Source: Nitrospirota bacterium
Lineage (GTDB): Bacteria; Nitrospirota; UBA9217
Length of the DNA stretch: 64,000 nucleotides
Assembly (NCBI GenBank): GCA_963749655.1
Contig: CAVVOB010000018.1
Coordinates: 64,001 to 128,000 of the forward strand
Reading direction: 5' to 3'
The notes beneath the pieces are model-generated. The model had not been told where the DNA came from and searched no databases. It saw only the letters and a program-made list of their open reading frames with translations. This document shows positions 8,900 to 18,898 of this stretch, one piece after another (the stretch's first letter is position 1; each line of letters opens with the position of its first letter). A program made the position numbers and the translations under genes.

Positions 8900-11800
8900 A
8901 TGGAAAAGGAACAACCAATAACCGCCAAATCCGTCCATCTCTCGGCCTCGGCCGGGTCGGGAAAGACCCGCGCGCTGAGAGACCGTTATCTCGCGCTGCT
9001 CGACGAGCTCGAACGCCGGGGGCTGGGCCTCGACCAGGCCGTTGCCATCACGTTTACGGACAAAGCCGCGGCCGAGATCAAGGAGCGCGTGCTTCGCGGC
9101 CTGCCCGAATCTGTGCTGAAAAAGATCATTCGCGGCAGCCAGGACCTCCGCATCTCGACCATCCACTCCTTCTGTATGAATCTCCTGAAGCGCTATCCGC
9201 TGGAAGCGGGATTGCCTCCCGACTTCGGCGTTCTCGACGCCCGGGACCAGGTCTCGAAAGTGCAGCGGGCCATTGAGGACGCCCTCGAAGAATCGGACCG
9301 CGACCCGTCCATCATGGGTTCGCTCAGGGATTTCACCGTTGATGATCTTCTTGCATCCATCGGCTTTCTGCTCTCGATACGGAGCAGGCTCAAACGCATG
9401 GAGATCGACGCGGGCGGCCCCGACAGGCTTCTTGCGTCCCTGCACAGGGGAATGGCGGTTGAAGAAACTCTTGCCGACCTCCGGTCGCTGCTGGCCGGTC
9501 CCATCTGGAAGGACTCCTTCCGCAAAATGGAGCTCATTCTCCGGTCTCAGGTCGATCTCTACGACGAAAACAAAGGCAGGGAGCATCTTCTTCTCGCCGA
9601 CGTGACGGAGCCTGGCAAGGCCCTTAAACATGCGAGCGCTCTTGTCCCCCTCTATTTCACGGTCGAAGGGAATCCCCGCAAAAAACCTTCGATCCCGAAA
9701 AAGGCTTTTGCCGGGAAAAACCGGTCCGAGTATGAAACGGTTTTTTTCGCGGTCCAGGAACTGCTCGAACAGGTCCGTTCTTTTTCCGATCGGGCGCGCG
9801 CCGGCGCCGAGGCCGCAAGCATGCTCCGGCTCTTTCAGCGCGCCGAGGACAAATACCAGAATGCGAAGCTCCGCGAGGGGCTGGTAGACTTCGACGATCT
9901 TGAGGTTTATGCCTATCGGCTGCTCCAGGACGCTGAATCGCCCGACATTCTCTACTGGCTCGACCGGAAAATCCTTCACTTTCTGGTCGATGAGTTCCAG
10001 GATACGAGCGACATCCAGTGGGCCATCCTGAACAAGCTCACGGAGGAGCTCTTCGCGGGACAGGGGGCGTCCAGACCCATGGCCGCCACGCTCTTTGTCG
10101 TCGGAGACGAAAAACAGTCCATTTACCGCTTCCGCGAAGCGAACTACCGCCTGATCGAAGACATGCGGAAAAAAATGGAAACGAACCTTCCGCCCGGCTC
10201 GCGCGAGATCCTGACGCTCGACAAGAACTACCGTTCAGCGCGCGCTGTCGTTGACACTGTTAACAGGGTCTTCTCGACGCTCTGGGGACAGGGGTATGCA
10301 AAATCCGATGCAGAGCGGAAAGAGCACGAGGGCAGCGTGCGGTTGATTGAGCTGCTTCCCGTCGACGCGGCGACGGCGGGCGCGGGTGCATCGGAGGCCG
10401 AGGTCCTCGCTCGTGAGATCGGATCGCTCATAGCGCGGGGAACGAAGATTTATGAAAAGGCGCCACCCACGCCCGGTGACGGCTCAAAGGACAGCGACTG
10501 GACGGAGCGTACGGCGGACTACGGCGATTGCGCCGTCCTTATCCAGTCGCGGACCAAACTCAAGGAGTACGAAGCGGCCCTCCAGAACGTCAACATCCCC
10601 TACCGCGTGATCGGAGGCATAGGTTTTTACGAAGAAGACGAGGTACAGGCGCTTATGAACGTACTCTTCTTCCTCTGGAACCGCGACGACCGGTTCGCCC
10701 TTGCTGCAGCGCTCAAGTCGCCGCTCTTCGGCCTGAGCGACAGGGATTTGTTCGAACTCCACGGCGAAAATGCCGATATTACCGCCGCCCTTGCCAGGAG
10801 ACATCCCGCTGCTGCGAAGCAACTTGCCCGCTGGGGCGGACTCGCGGGATTCGCTCCCCTCGCCGTTCTCATCCATGAGATCGTGGAAGAGAGCGGCGCC
10901 TACGTGCGTTTCGGAAGAACGAAGCCGCAGGCGATTTTCAACATCGACAAGCTTCTCGACACCGCCCGTGAATTCGACCGTCGGGGCTACGCAACGCTGC
11001 AGGATTTCGTCGAGTGGGTGCGGAACATCCGTGAAACCGAGCAGCGGGAAGCCACGGCGGACATGAACCTTCCCGGCTTCCGGGGCTCGATCAGCATCCT
11101 GACGGTGCACAAGGCAAAAGGACTTGAGTTTCCCATCCTGTTCCTGCCGGGCATGAACCAGCAGCCCAAATCGCTTTTCACCGGCCCCCGCGTGGTAATC
11201 GAGGACAAGGCAGGCCGGGTCTGCATGGCGGCCAAAAGCGACGCAAGCCCGATTTACGATGAGTTGTGGGAGCGCGAGCGCGAAGAGCTTCTCAGTGAAC
11301 ATCAACGGCTCCTGTACGTGGCCATGACGCGCGCCAGGGACCACCTGGTTATGCTCGGTTCCTGGAATGACGGAAAAGCCCCGGTCAAAACCGACACGTG
11401 GCTCGAATTCCTGCACAGATCCGTCCCGATTGCAGAACAGGGAAGCAGGAGAATCGAAGACGGGGATCATCGTTTCGTCCTGCCCCGACTGGGAGGCTGG
11501 GACGTATTCCCCGCAGGGAGAAGCGAGTCCTCATCCCGCGGCTGGGGCCGGGGACAAGGCCCTTTCCCTCGATGTGACTGTGATCAGGGAGAATCTCCGG
11601 CCGATACCGCGGTCGGAAACGCCGGAGTGGAAAAGGGCTACCGATTTCATCGATTATGAGAAAGAAGGTTTGGCAGAACTCATCCAGAGCGCGCAAAAAA
11701 CCAGCGCAGTGTCCCCGCTCACACGCGGAAGCATGCTCCACCGCTGCCTTGAGATGTTGACCACCACCGGGGCTTACGACGTCGACCGCATCATGGCGGA

Positions 11801-12200
11801 ATTCCCCGATCTCCTGAAGCTGGATCCGGCAACAGTCGCCTTGCTCGTGTACGACATGAAAACCGTTCTCGATCAGGTCCTCGCCGACAGCAGTCTTGCA
11901 TGGATATTCGCTCAATCGCAGCAGGCCTATTCGGAGCTGCCCTTTCTGTACAAACGGGGCAACTCGCTCGTGAGCGGCATGATCGACCGTCTTGTCATCA
12001 GAGGGGGACAGGCGGACGTCATAGACTACAAGGCCATTCACATCACTGATGACAGCTCTCTCGCGGCCTGGATCGACCATTATCGACCCCAGATCCAGGT
12101 CTACTGCGAGGCAGTTCAGCAGCTCTTCGGACTGAGCGAAGTGAGAGGTCATCTTCTTTTCCTGGACAGTGCCCTTCTGAAACTGACAACCAAAGTATGA
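8900..12200 (+). CDS. addA: AddA-like UvrD helicase/nuclease (frameshift ~11440)
   Basis: ASAGSGKT, AITFTDKAA, VDEFQDT, VGDEKQSIYRFR, TVHKAKGLEF, LYVAMTRARD; C-terminal GMIDRL...IDYK in the second frame. Confidence 0.88.
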
Positions 12201-12315
12201 TCAAGATCGACCCCACCGCCCTGTCCCCCCAAAAATATTGTATAGTTATTAGCAGAAGGAAAGCGGCCGCGATATCGGAGAAGCTTTCCGTCCTTATGAA
12301 GGTTTTCAGCAGTCA

Positions 12316-12344
12316 TTGACAGGAAAGAGAATTTTCGGTATAAC
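12316..12344 (+). promoter_or_regulatory. Sigma70 promoter of degP
   Basis: TTGACA-17 bp-TATAAC. Confidence 0.65.
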
Positions 12345-12398
12345 AAATGCCGGCAAAAAGGTACTACCATTTCATTATTATCGCGAAGGAGGGCATCC

Positions 12399-13856
12399 AT
12401 GAAGATGCAGCAGAAGCACGCAGTATCCAGGCAGTCAATCGTCGTACTCATAGCGGCACTGATCACGGCGATCTTGTCCGGAGGGGGCGTTGTCCTCGCC
12501 AAGGATAAGAGTATCTCGTCGGAATCGTCAAAATTGCTCGGCAGGTTGAGCGATGCGCTTGCCGAAGTTGCTGAAGCGGCCCGTCCTGCAGTGGTGAACA
12601 TTTCGACAACCTCGACCGTGACCACGGAAGACAATCCCATGGGGGATCTTTTCAACGATCCTTTTTTCAGAAAATTCTTCGGAGACCAGTTCGGTCACCC
12701 GGGTGCAGAAGCACAAATACAAATCGTCGGCTTGGGTTCCGGCGTGATCGTCTCCGAGAACGGCTACATCCTGACGAACAACCACGTGGTCAAAGGCGCC
12801 GATGAGATCAAGGTCGTTCTCTTCGACAAGCGGGAGTTCACGGGAAAGGTCGTGGGCACCGATTCGAGGACCGATCTCGCCGTCATCAAGATCAACGCCA
12901 AGGACCTTCCGACGATCAGATTCGGCGATTCGGCCAAACTGAAGATCGGCGATATCGTGCTGGCCATCGGCAACCCGTTCGGGCTCAACCAGACCATTAC
13001 CATGGGCATCGTGAGCGCTGTGGGACGATCGAACATCGGCCTCGCTGATTTCGAAGATTTCATCCAGACCGATGCGGCAATCAACCCCGGCAACTCGGGC
13101 GGCGCACTGGTGAACAGCAACGGGGAGTTCGTCGGCATCAATACGGCGATCTTCTCGACCAGCGGCGGTTACATGGGGATCGGATTCGCCATCCCTTCCG
13201 ATATGGCCAAAACCGTGATGGACAGCATCATCAAGCACGGCAAAGTGATTCGCGGATGGATGGGCGTGAGCATCCAGAACGTGACCCCGGAGCTCGCAAA
13301 ATCACTGGGCTTCAAGCAGACCGAAGGAGCGCTGATCGCCGGCGTGGAAAATGGAAGTCCCGCTGAAAAGGCGGGCCTCAAGCGGGGCGACCTCGTGACC
13401 GCCCTGAACGGCAAGAAGGTCGAGGATTCGACAAACCTCCGGAACATGGTCGCTGCGTCGGCGCCGGGCACGAAGATCGAGGTAACGATCATCCGTGACG
13501 GCAAGGAAAAAACGATCTCCTTGACGCTCGGCGAGTACAAGGAGAAAAAAGTCGTTAAAAAGACGGAGTACAGCAACGTCCTGAAGGGACTTACGATCCA
13601 GGAGCTTACTCCGAGCGTGCGCGACAAGATGAATCTTCCCGAGGATCTGAACGGCGTCGTCATCACCGGCAGCGACTCCGACAGTCCGGCACAGGGCCTG
13701 CTGCAGCCGGGCGACGTGATCCAGGAAGTGAACAAACAGGCGATTCAAAGCGCCCAGGACTACGAAGAGACCGTTTCCAAGATCGGGGAAAACGACACGG
13801 TCCTGCTGTTGATCTACCGCGACGGAGGATCGATCTACCTTACGATCAAGCCCTGA
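12399..13856 (+). CDS. degP: Do/DegP/DegQ family periplasmic serine protease with two PDZ domains
   Basis: ILTNNHVV, TDLAVIK, QTDAAINPGNSGG; signal peptide. Confidence 0.93.
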   Translation: MKMQQKHAVSRQSIVVLIAALITAILSGGGVVLAKDKSISSESSKLLGRLSDALAEVAEAARPAVVNISTTSTVTTEDNPMGDLFNDPFFRKFFGDQFGHPGAEAQIQIVGLGSGVIVSENGYILTNNHVVKGADEIKVVLFDKREFTGKVVGTDSRTDLAVIKINAKDLPTIRFGDSAKLKIGDIVLAIGNPFGLNQTITMGIVSAVGRSNIGLADFEDFIQTDAAINPGNSGGALVNSNGEFVGINTAIFSTSGGYMGIGFAIPSDMAKTVMDSIIKHGKVIRGWMGVSIQNVTPELAKSLGFKQTEGALIAGVENGSPAEKAGLKRGDLVTALNGKKVEDSTNLRNMVAASAPGTKIEVTIIRDGKEKTISLTLGEYKEKKVVKKTEYSNVLKGLTIQELTPSVRDKMNLPEDLNGVVITGSDSDSPAQGLLQPGDVIQEVNKQAIQSAQDYEETVSKIGENDTVLLLIYRDGGSIYLTIKP

Positions 13857-13877
13857 ACGCGGAAAGGGGTGATCAGA

Positions 13878-14092
13878 ATGCGATTACGTATATCTCCTGA
13901 CATGGACTTCTATCTCGATATGGATCTGCAGGGAGTGACAGAACGAACCCGTGACCAGGACATTCAGGAATTCGAGCATGTGGTCCACGAGGAATTCGTG
14001 AACAGGCTCAAGAAAGCCTTCCCCGAGGGCGACTTCCGCTGTACACCTTCGAATTCAACGTTGCGCGGGAATCGAATCCCAAGGCCGCATAG
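13878..14092 (+). CDS. Small acidic hypothetical protein (probable frameshift ~14038)
   Basis: AAGGGG RBS; MRLRISPDMDFYLDMDL...FPEGDFR continues as LYTFEFNVARESNPKAA* after a 1-base shift; terminator follows. Confidence 0.55.
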
Positions 14093-14167
14093 CGTCGAGA
14101 GGAGGTTCTGCACCATTGAACGTGAAACGTCCTGAGGTTCAGTCCGGCCTCTGGCGCTCTGAAACAG

Positions 14168-14204
14168 AAATTCCCCGCAGCGCACTGTTGCGGGGAATTT
14201 TTTT
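14168..14204 (+). terminator. Intrinsic terminator
   Basis: AAATTCCCCGCAGC-GCACT-GTTGCGGGGAATTT followed by a T-tract. Confidence 0.8.
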
Positions 14205-14336
14205 CGGTCGTTCCCTGCCTGGTTTTTTAGATGACCGCGCTGCACTCCCCTCGCACCGCTTCCGCAAACAGCCGCAGACAACGCGTCTTATTTGACTCCT
14301 CGCGGAAACATGCTACAATTCATGGAGGAGAAAATA

Positions 14337-15716
14337 ATGAAAGAATACGACGTCATCATCGTCGGATCAGGCAGCGGCGCGAACCTCATCGAAGATGCCT
14401 TGTCCCACAACAAAACCGTTGCGCTCGTGGACAAGGGTCCGGTGGGAGGCACCTGCCTGAACGTCGGCTGCATCCCCACGAAGCTGATCGTCTATCCTGC
14501 GGACCGCATCATGGAGATCCGCGAATCGAAGAAGCTGGGGATCACCGCGGAGGTCACGGGCATAGATTTTTCCGCGATCATGGAACGGATGAGGATGTCG
14601 GTCAAAAGCAGCCATGATCGCATCCAGGAAGCCCTGGACAACGCCGAGGACTTCGACTTCTATTTCGGTGAGGCGCACTTTACCGGAGATTACACTCTCT
14701 CGGTGAACGACAAGACCATCAAGGGCAAAATGATTTTCCTCGTGTCAGGCGCCCGGCCGCGCATTCCCTCGATCAAAGGCATTGAGAGCATCGAATACCT
14801 CACGAATGAGACGGCGTTGCAACTCACAAAGAAGCCGGAAAGCATGGTCATCATCGGCGGCGGATACATCGCCGTGGAGTTCGCCCATTTTTTCGAAGCA
14901 GTCGGGACCCGGGTGACGATCATCCAGCGCAACACCCGCCTGGTCCCCGAAGAGGAACCGGAAATATCGAGCCTGCTCCAAACCGCGCTTGCCCGTCGCA
15001 TGACTATCCACGCCAATACCGAAGCTGTGGACGTACGGCAGACAGGCAAGGTCACCACCGTCACGGCAAGGGAGCTCCACAGCGGCCGGCAGATCGAGGT
15101 CACGGCAGAGCAGATCCTGATCGCTGCGGGCAGGAAGTCCAACGCCGATGTGCTCATGGTGAAAAATTCAGGGATCAAAACTGATGAACGGGGATATATT
15201 TCCGTTGACGATTACTTCGAGACATCAAAGAAGGGCATATGGGCATTCGGGGACGCTATCGGCAAGAAGATGTTCCGCCACGCAGCGAACCATGAAGCGG
15301 AGCTGGTGTGGCACAACGCTGTCCATGGGAAAAAAGAACGGATGAACTATCTGACCGTGCCCCATGCCGTATTCTCATGGCCCGAGATCGCCTCGGTGGG
15401 CCTCACCGAGGAACAGGCCGTCAAGGTCATCGGCAGGGAGCATCTCTTGGTCGGTAGGGCACAGTACACAGACGTGGCCCGCGGGGAAGCGATGATCGAG
15501 AGGGAGGGATTTGCCAAGGCGATCGTGCACCGCAAAACCGGAAAGATCATCGGTTACCACATCATCGGGCCCCAGGCGTCCATCCTGATCCAGGAGGTCG
15601 TGAATGCCATGGCTGCTGACGGAAATCTCTGGTCCGTGGCAAAGGGCATTCATATCCATCCGGCACTGTCCGAAGTCGTGCTGAAACCCTTTGCAAAGCT
15701 CAAGGAGCCGGGTTAA
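14337..15716 (+). CDS. Class I pyridine nucleotide-disulfide oxidoreductase (dihydrolipoamide dehydrogenase / mycothione reductase-like)
   Basis: GSGSG, GGTCLNVGCIP, GGGYIAVE, HAANHEA, HIHPALSE; GGAGGAG RBS; TTGACT-16-TACAAT promoter at 14292-14319. Confidence 0.85.
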   Translation: MKEYDVIIVGSGSGANLIEDALSHNKTVALVDKGPVGGTCLNVGCIPTKLIVYPADRIMEIRESKKLGITAEVTGIDFSAIMERMRMSVKSSHDRIQEALDNAEDFDFYFGEAHFTGDYTLSVNDKTIKGKMIFLVSGARPRIPSIKGIESIEYLTNETALQLTKKPESMVIIGGGYIAVEFAHFFEAVGTRVTIIQRNTRLVPEEEPEISSLLQTALARRMTIHANTEAVDVRQTGKVTTVTARELHSGRQIEVTAEQILIAAGRKSNADVLMVKNSGIKTDERGYISVDDYFETSKKGIWAFGDAIGKKMFRHAANHEAELVWHNAVHGKKERMNYLTVPHAVFSWPEIASVGLTEEQAVKVIGREHLLVGRAQYTDVARGEAMIEREGFAKAIVHRKTGKIIGYHIIGPQASILIQEVVNAMAADGNLWSVAKGIHIHPALSEVVLKPFAKLKEPG

Positions 15717-16543
15717 AAAATAACGCCGACATTCAGCCCGACCAGCTCCAGCGACGATTTCGGTTGATAATAGTAGAAATTCTGCGATCCCTGTACGTTG
15801 TCGGAGCGGGGAAAACGAAAGTCCTCATAGAACAAACCCGCACGAAGCCGCCGGTACTTTACCCCGATCTCAGCGAAATAGGAAACCTGCTTGCCGGGTT
15901 CCAGTGATACGTTTGATCCTGCTCCGATATCGCTCAGGTACACGTAATTTTCATTATAGAGTGGAATTTTTGCTCCTGCCTCACCATAGAAACGCATAAT
16001 CGCTGATTGTCTTATTGTCGTCCTCATGCCAAGGAGAACGTGTACCGTTCTCCACCGTTCCGTATATCCTTGCACCGCGCCTCCGGTTGCGGTAACTCCG
16101 TTGTTGATGTCCCGTTGCCAGGCTCGAATGCCGAGGCCGGTAAACGGTTCGATCAACCATGGGTCCGTCAGGTTCCTTTCGACGCCGAGCTCGCCCCTGA
16201 CATCGATTCCTAAATAATCCGTCGTGGTTGTTACCGGAACGCCGGACTGGGTTTGGCCGTCATAGTCTATCCTTCCGCGGAATAGTTCCGTCCTCTGCCG
16301 GAATATTATTTGACTCTCGAATTTTGTATCGCATGAAAATCCGATACCGGGCACCCAACCCGACTCTTCGAGCAAACGCTCATTATTGGGCCCGAACTCC
16401 TTCCACAGCCAGTGGGAGGCCGTACCGTACACATCGAGTTCCCCTGCAACGGCCTGCCGGGCATATACACTCGAAAATACAACGAACGCCGTAAGGGCAA
16501 GCACTATTATTTTTCGTCCACCGATCAGGTGTACTGTTTTCAT
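15713..16543 (-). CDS. Outer-membrane beta-barrel protein
   Basis: Signal peptide, alternating aromatic beta-strands, C-terminal Phe (LNVGVIF). Confidence 0.7.
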   Translation of the reverse strand: MKTVHLIGGRKIIVLALTAFVVFSSVYARQAVAGELDVYGTASHWLWKEFGPNNERLLEESGWVPGIGFSCDTKFESQIIFRQRTELFRGRIDYDGQTQSGVPVTTTTDYLGIDVRGELGVERNLTDPWLIEPFTGLGIRAWQRDINNGVTATGGAVQGYTERWRTVHVLLGMRTTIRQSAIMRFYGEAGAKIPLYNENYVYLSDIGAGSNVSLEPGKQVSYFAEIGVKYRRLRAGLFYEDFRFPRSDNVQGSQNFYYYQPKSSLELVGLNVGVIF

Positions 16544-16626
16544 AGGAGATACTCCCTTTTCCGCGACGACATCTGCCTTTCAGGCACTGCCCGCAGCCCG
16601 TTCATGTGTTTCCTTGCGAGCATAGT

Positions 16627-18024
16627 TCACTTTCCCGGTTTCGGTACATGTATCGCGGTCCCATGGACGTCCTCTGCCGCCTCCATGATCGCCTCTGAAA
16701 GCGTAGGATGAGCATGGATAAGGCTTCCCAGCTCTTTTGCCGTGGTCCCCGCCCGGACGGCCAGCGCGCCTTCATGGATCATGTCCGTTGCATGGGCGCC
16801 GCAGATGTGCACGCCGAGCACCTTGTCGGTCGCTTCATCCGCAACGATCTTTACCATGCCCGTGATGGCCCCCATGGCGTGCGCTTTCCCGAGCGCACGG
16901 TACTGGAACCGCCCCACGCGGTACTTGATGCCCTGCTTGACGACCTCATGCTCCCGGAGTCCTACACTGCCGATCTCGGGCATCGTAAAAATGCCCGAGG
17001 GCACGGCGGAATAATCCATGACCGCAGCTCCGCCGAGAGCGTTTTCAACGGCAACAAGACCCTGGTGCGAAGCCACATGGGCAAGCAGGATCTTGCCGGT
17101 TACATCGCCGATGGCGAATACACCGGGGACGCCGGTCTCCATTTTCTCGTTGACGATTATCTCTCCCCGTTTGCCCCGTTCAACACCCACATCGTCACAG
17201 CCGAGATTCTCCGAGTTCAGACTGCGGCCTATGGACACCAGGATCCTTTCGGACCTGATCTCCTGCCCGTTCGAAAGCCGCGCGATCATCATCCCATCGT
17301 CCTTCTCTACCTTCTCGACCTTTACGTTCGCAATAAGCTTGATCTTCGCTTTTTTCAGCTCCCGCTCCAGAAGTTCCGACATTTCCTCGTCCTCGGTCGA
17401 GATGGCGCGGGGCAGCATTTCCACCATCGTTACCTCGCATCCGAAAGACCGGTAGATGAAAGCGAATTCGCACCCGATCACTCCGGCGCCGACGATCAGC
17501 AGGCTCTTGGGGATGGACTCGAGCCGGACCGCCTCATCGCTCGTGAACACGCTCTCGCCGTCAAAAGGGAAGCCCGGCAGTATGGCCGGCCGTGAGCCCG
17601 TCGCGATGATGATCCTGTCGGATTTGACGTCCATGGTCGTGCCGTCCTTCTGCACGACGCGGACGATGTCCGGAGCAAGCAGTGAGCCGCGGCCGGGGAT
17701 CAGGCTGACATTCCAGCTCTTGAATAGATTCAGGATGCCTTTGACCTGCGTGGCAACGACTTTATCCTTGCGCTCGCGGATTTTGGCAAGATTGAAGGCC
17801 GTTGTGCCGGGGACCTCTATGCCGAAATCCCCTGCACGCCGCACCGATTCGAGAACCTCTGCAGAAGCGATAAGGGTTTTCGTAGGGATACAGCCCACAT
17901 TCAGGCACGTGCCCCCCACTTCCGCGTTTTCCACAATAGTGACCAGCGCTCCCTTTTGGGACGCCCGGATCGCGGCGACATACCCGCCCGGCCCCGCACC
18001 GATGATCGTCAATTTGATAGCCAT
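16627..18024 (-). CDS. lpdA: Dihydrolipoamide dehydrogenase
   Basis: GAGPGGYVAAIRA, GGTCLNVGCIPTK, HAHPTLSEA; GAGGAG RBS. Confidence 0.93.
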   Translation of the reverse strand: MAIKLTIIGAGPGGYVAAIRASQKGALVTIVENAEVGGTCLNVGCIPTKTLIASAEVLESVRRAGDFGIEVPGTTAFNLAKIRERKDKVVATQVKGILNLFKSWNVSLIPGRGSLLAPDIVRVVQKDGTTMDVKSDRIIIATGSRPAILPGFPFDGESVFTSDEAVRLESIPKSLLIVGAGVIGCEFAFIYRSFGCEVTMVEMLPRAISTEDEEMSELLERELKKAKIKLIANVKVEKVEKDDGMMIARLSNGQEIRSERILVSIGRSLNSENLGCDDVGVERGKRGEIIVNEKMETGVPGVFAIGDVTGKILLAHVASHQGLVAVENALGGAAVMDYSAVPSGIFTMPEIGSVGLREHEVVKQGIKYRVGRFQYRALGKAHAMGAITGMVKIVADEATDKVLGVHICGAHATDMIHEGALAVRAGTTAKELGSLIHAHPTLSEAIMEAAEDVHGTAIHVPKPGK

Positions 18025-18172
18025 GTCCTGCTCCTCTTTCTGGTGAGTGGATAACCGCTGCTGCCCGCCCGTTGACGGCAAACAACGGTTTCGGAAATGT
18101 CCGGAGTGTTCCATGCCGGCCGGGTATAATCAGAGCCGCGCTTCCCGGTGATGCGATCGGGAAAATAGCGCG

Positions 18173-18200
18173 AAAAAAAGGGAGAGTATTCACTCTCCCT
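18173..18200 (-). terminator. Intrinsic terminator after gcvH
   Basis: AGGGAGAGT-ATTC-ACTCTCCCT hairpin with an A7 run. Confidence 0.7.
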
Positions 18201-18236
18201 GTCATAATGCGTTCATTAGTGTTCGACGATCGAGGG

Positions 18237-18626
18237 CTATTTCCCCTCCTCTTCCTTCAGGAACTTTTCGTACTCGGCCTTGCTCATAAGGTCGTTCAGC
18301 TCCGAGGCATCGCTCATGTCGAGCACGACAAGCCATCCGTTGCCGTAGGGGTCTTCATTGATGATCTCCGGAGAATCGGCGAGGTCCTCATTCACCTCGA
18401 CGACCATGCCTGAAACGGGGCTGACAACCGGAGAAGTGGCTTTCGTGGATTCTATTTCCGAAAGCTCTGAATCCGCGTCGATCTCCGTGTCGGCTTCGGG
18501 AAGATCGACATAGACGATGTCGCCCATCTGCTGCTGCGCATAGTCCGTGATGCCGACGGTTGCCCGCTTCCCTTCCGCCCGCACCCAGGCATGTTCTCTA
18601 TGGTATTTGATGTCGTCGGGATTCAT
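18237..18626 (-). CDS. gcvH: Glycine cleavage H protein / lipoyl carrier
   Basis: HAWVR, VGITDYAQ, lipoyl-Lys motif IESTKA, INEDPYGNGWL. Confidence 0.93.
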   Translation of the reverse strand: MNPDDIKYHREHAWVRAEGKRATVGITDYAQQQMGDIVYVDLPEADTEIDADSELSEIESTKATSPVVSPVSGMVVEVNEDLADSPEIINEDPYGNGWLVVLDMSDASELNDLMSKAEYEKFLKEEEGK

Positions 18627-18665
18627 TTACTACCTCCAAAAATACACAACGTGACAGTGAGTCTG

Positions 18666-18694
18666 TTTTTAGCCCATGCGCGGTTTTTTGTCAA
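18666..18694 (-). promoter_or_regulatory. Sigma70 promoter of gcvH
   Basis: TTGACA-17 bp-TAAAAA on the minus strand. Confidence 0.55.
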
Positions 18695-18840
18695 GCAAAA
18701 AAAAGACAGAATCATGTTTCTGACCTCTATTGTCGGACCTTGGAGCAGTCTCCAAAACTTTGTTTGAGCTATTATAGCATGATTTGTCAAGAGGGGTGAT
18801 GACCGGCGTCTCACGGGTGCGCCAGTCGCTTGTGCGGGAT

Positions 18841-18872
18841 AAAAAAAGGGATGCGCGTCAGCGCATCCCTTT
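18841..18872 (-). terminator. Intrinsic terminator of the rnf operon
   Basis: AAAGGGATGCGC-GTCA-GCGCATCCCTTT with an A7 run. Confidence 0.8.
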
Positions 18873-18898
18873 GCCGGGTTCATTTCAAAGATGATCGA

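Noticed and set aside
18030-18170. Glycine riboswitch or ncRNA between gcvH and lpdA
   Set aside because: One GC-rich hairpin only; no GGAGA...CCGAAG/CTCTCAGG aptamer signatures.
18770-18790. TTGACA and TATAAT hexamers on the minus strand upstream of gcvH
   Set aside because: Only 8 bp apart, incompatible with one sigma70 promoter; a properly spaced promoter exists at 18666-18694.
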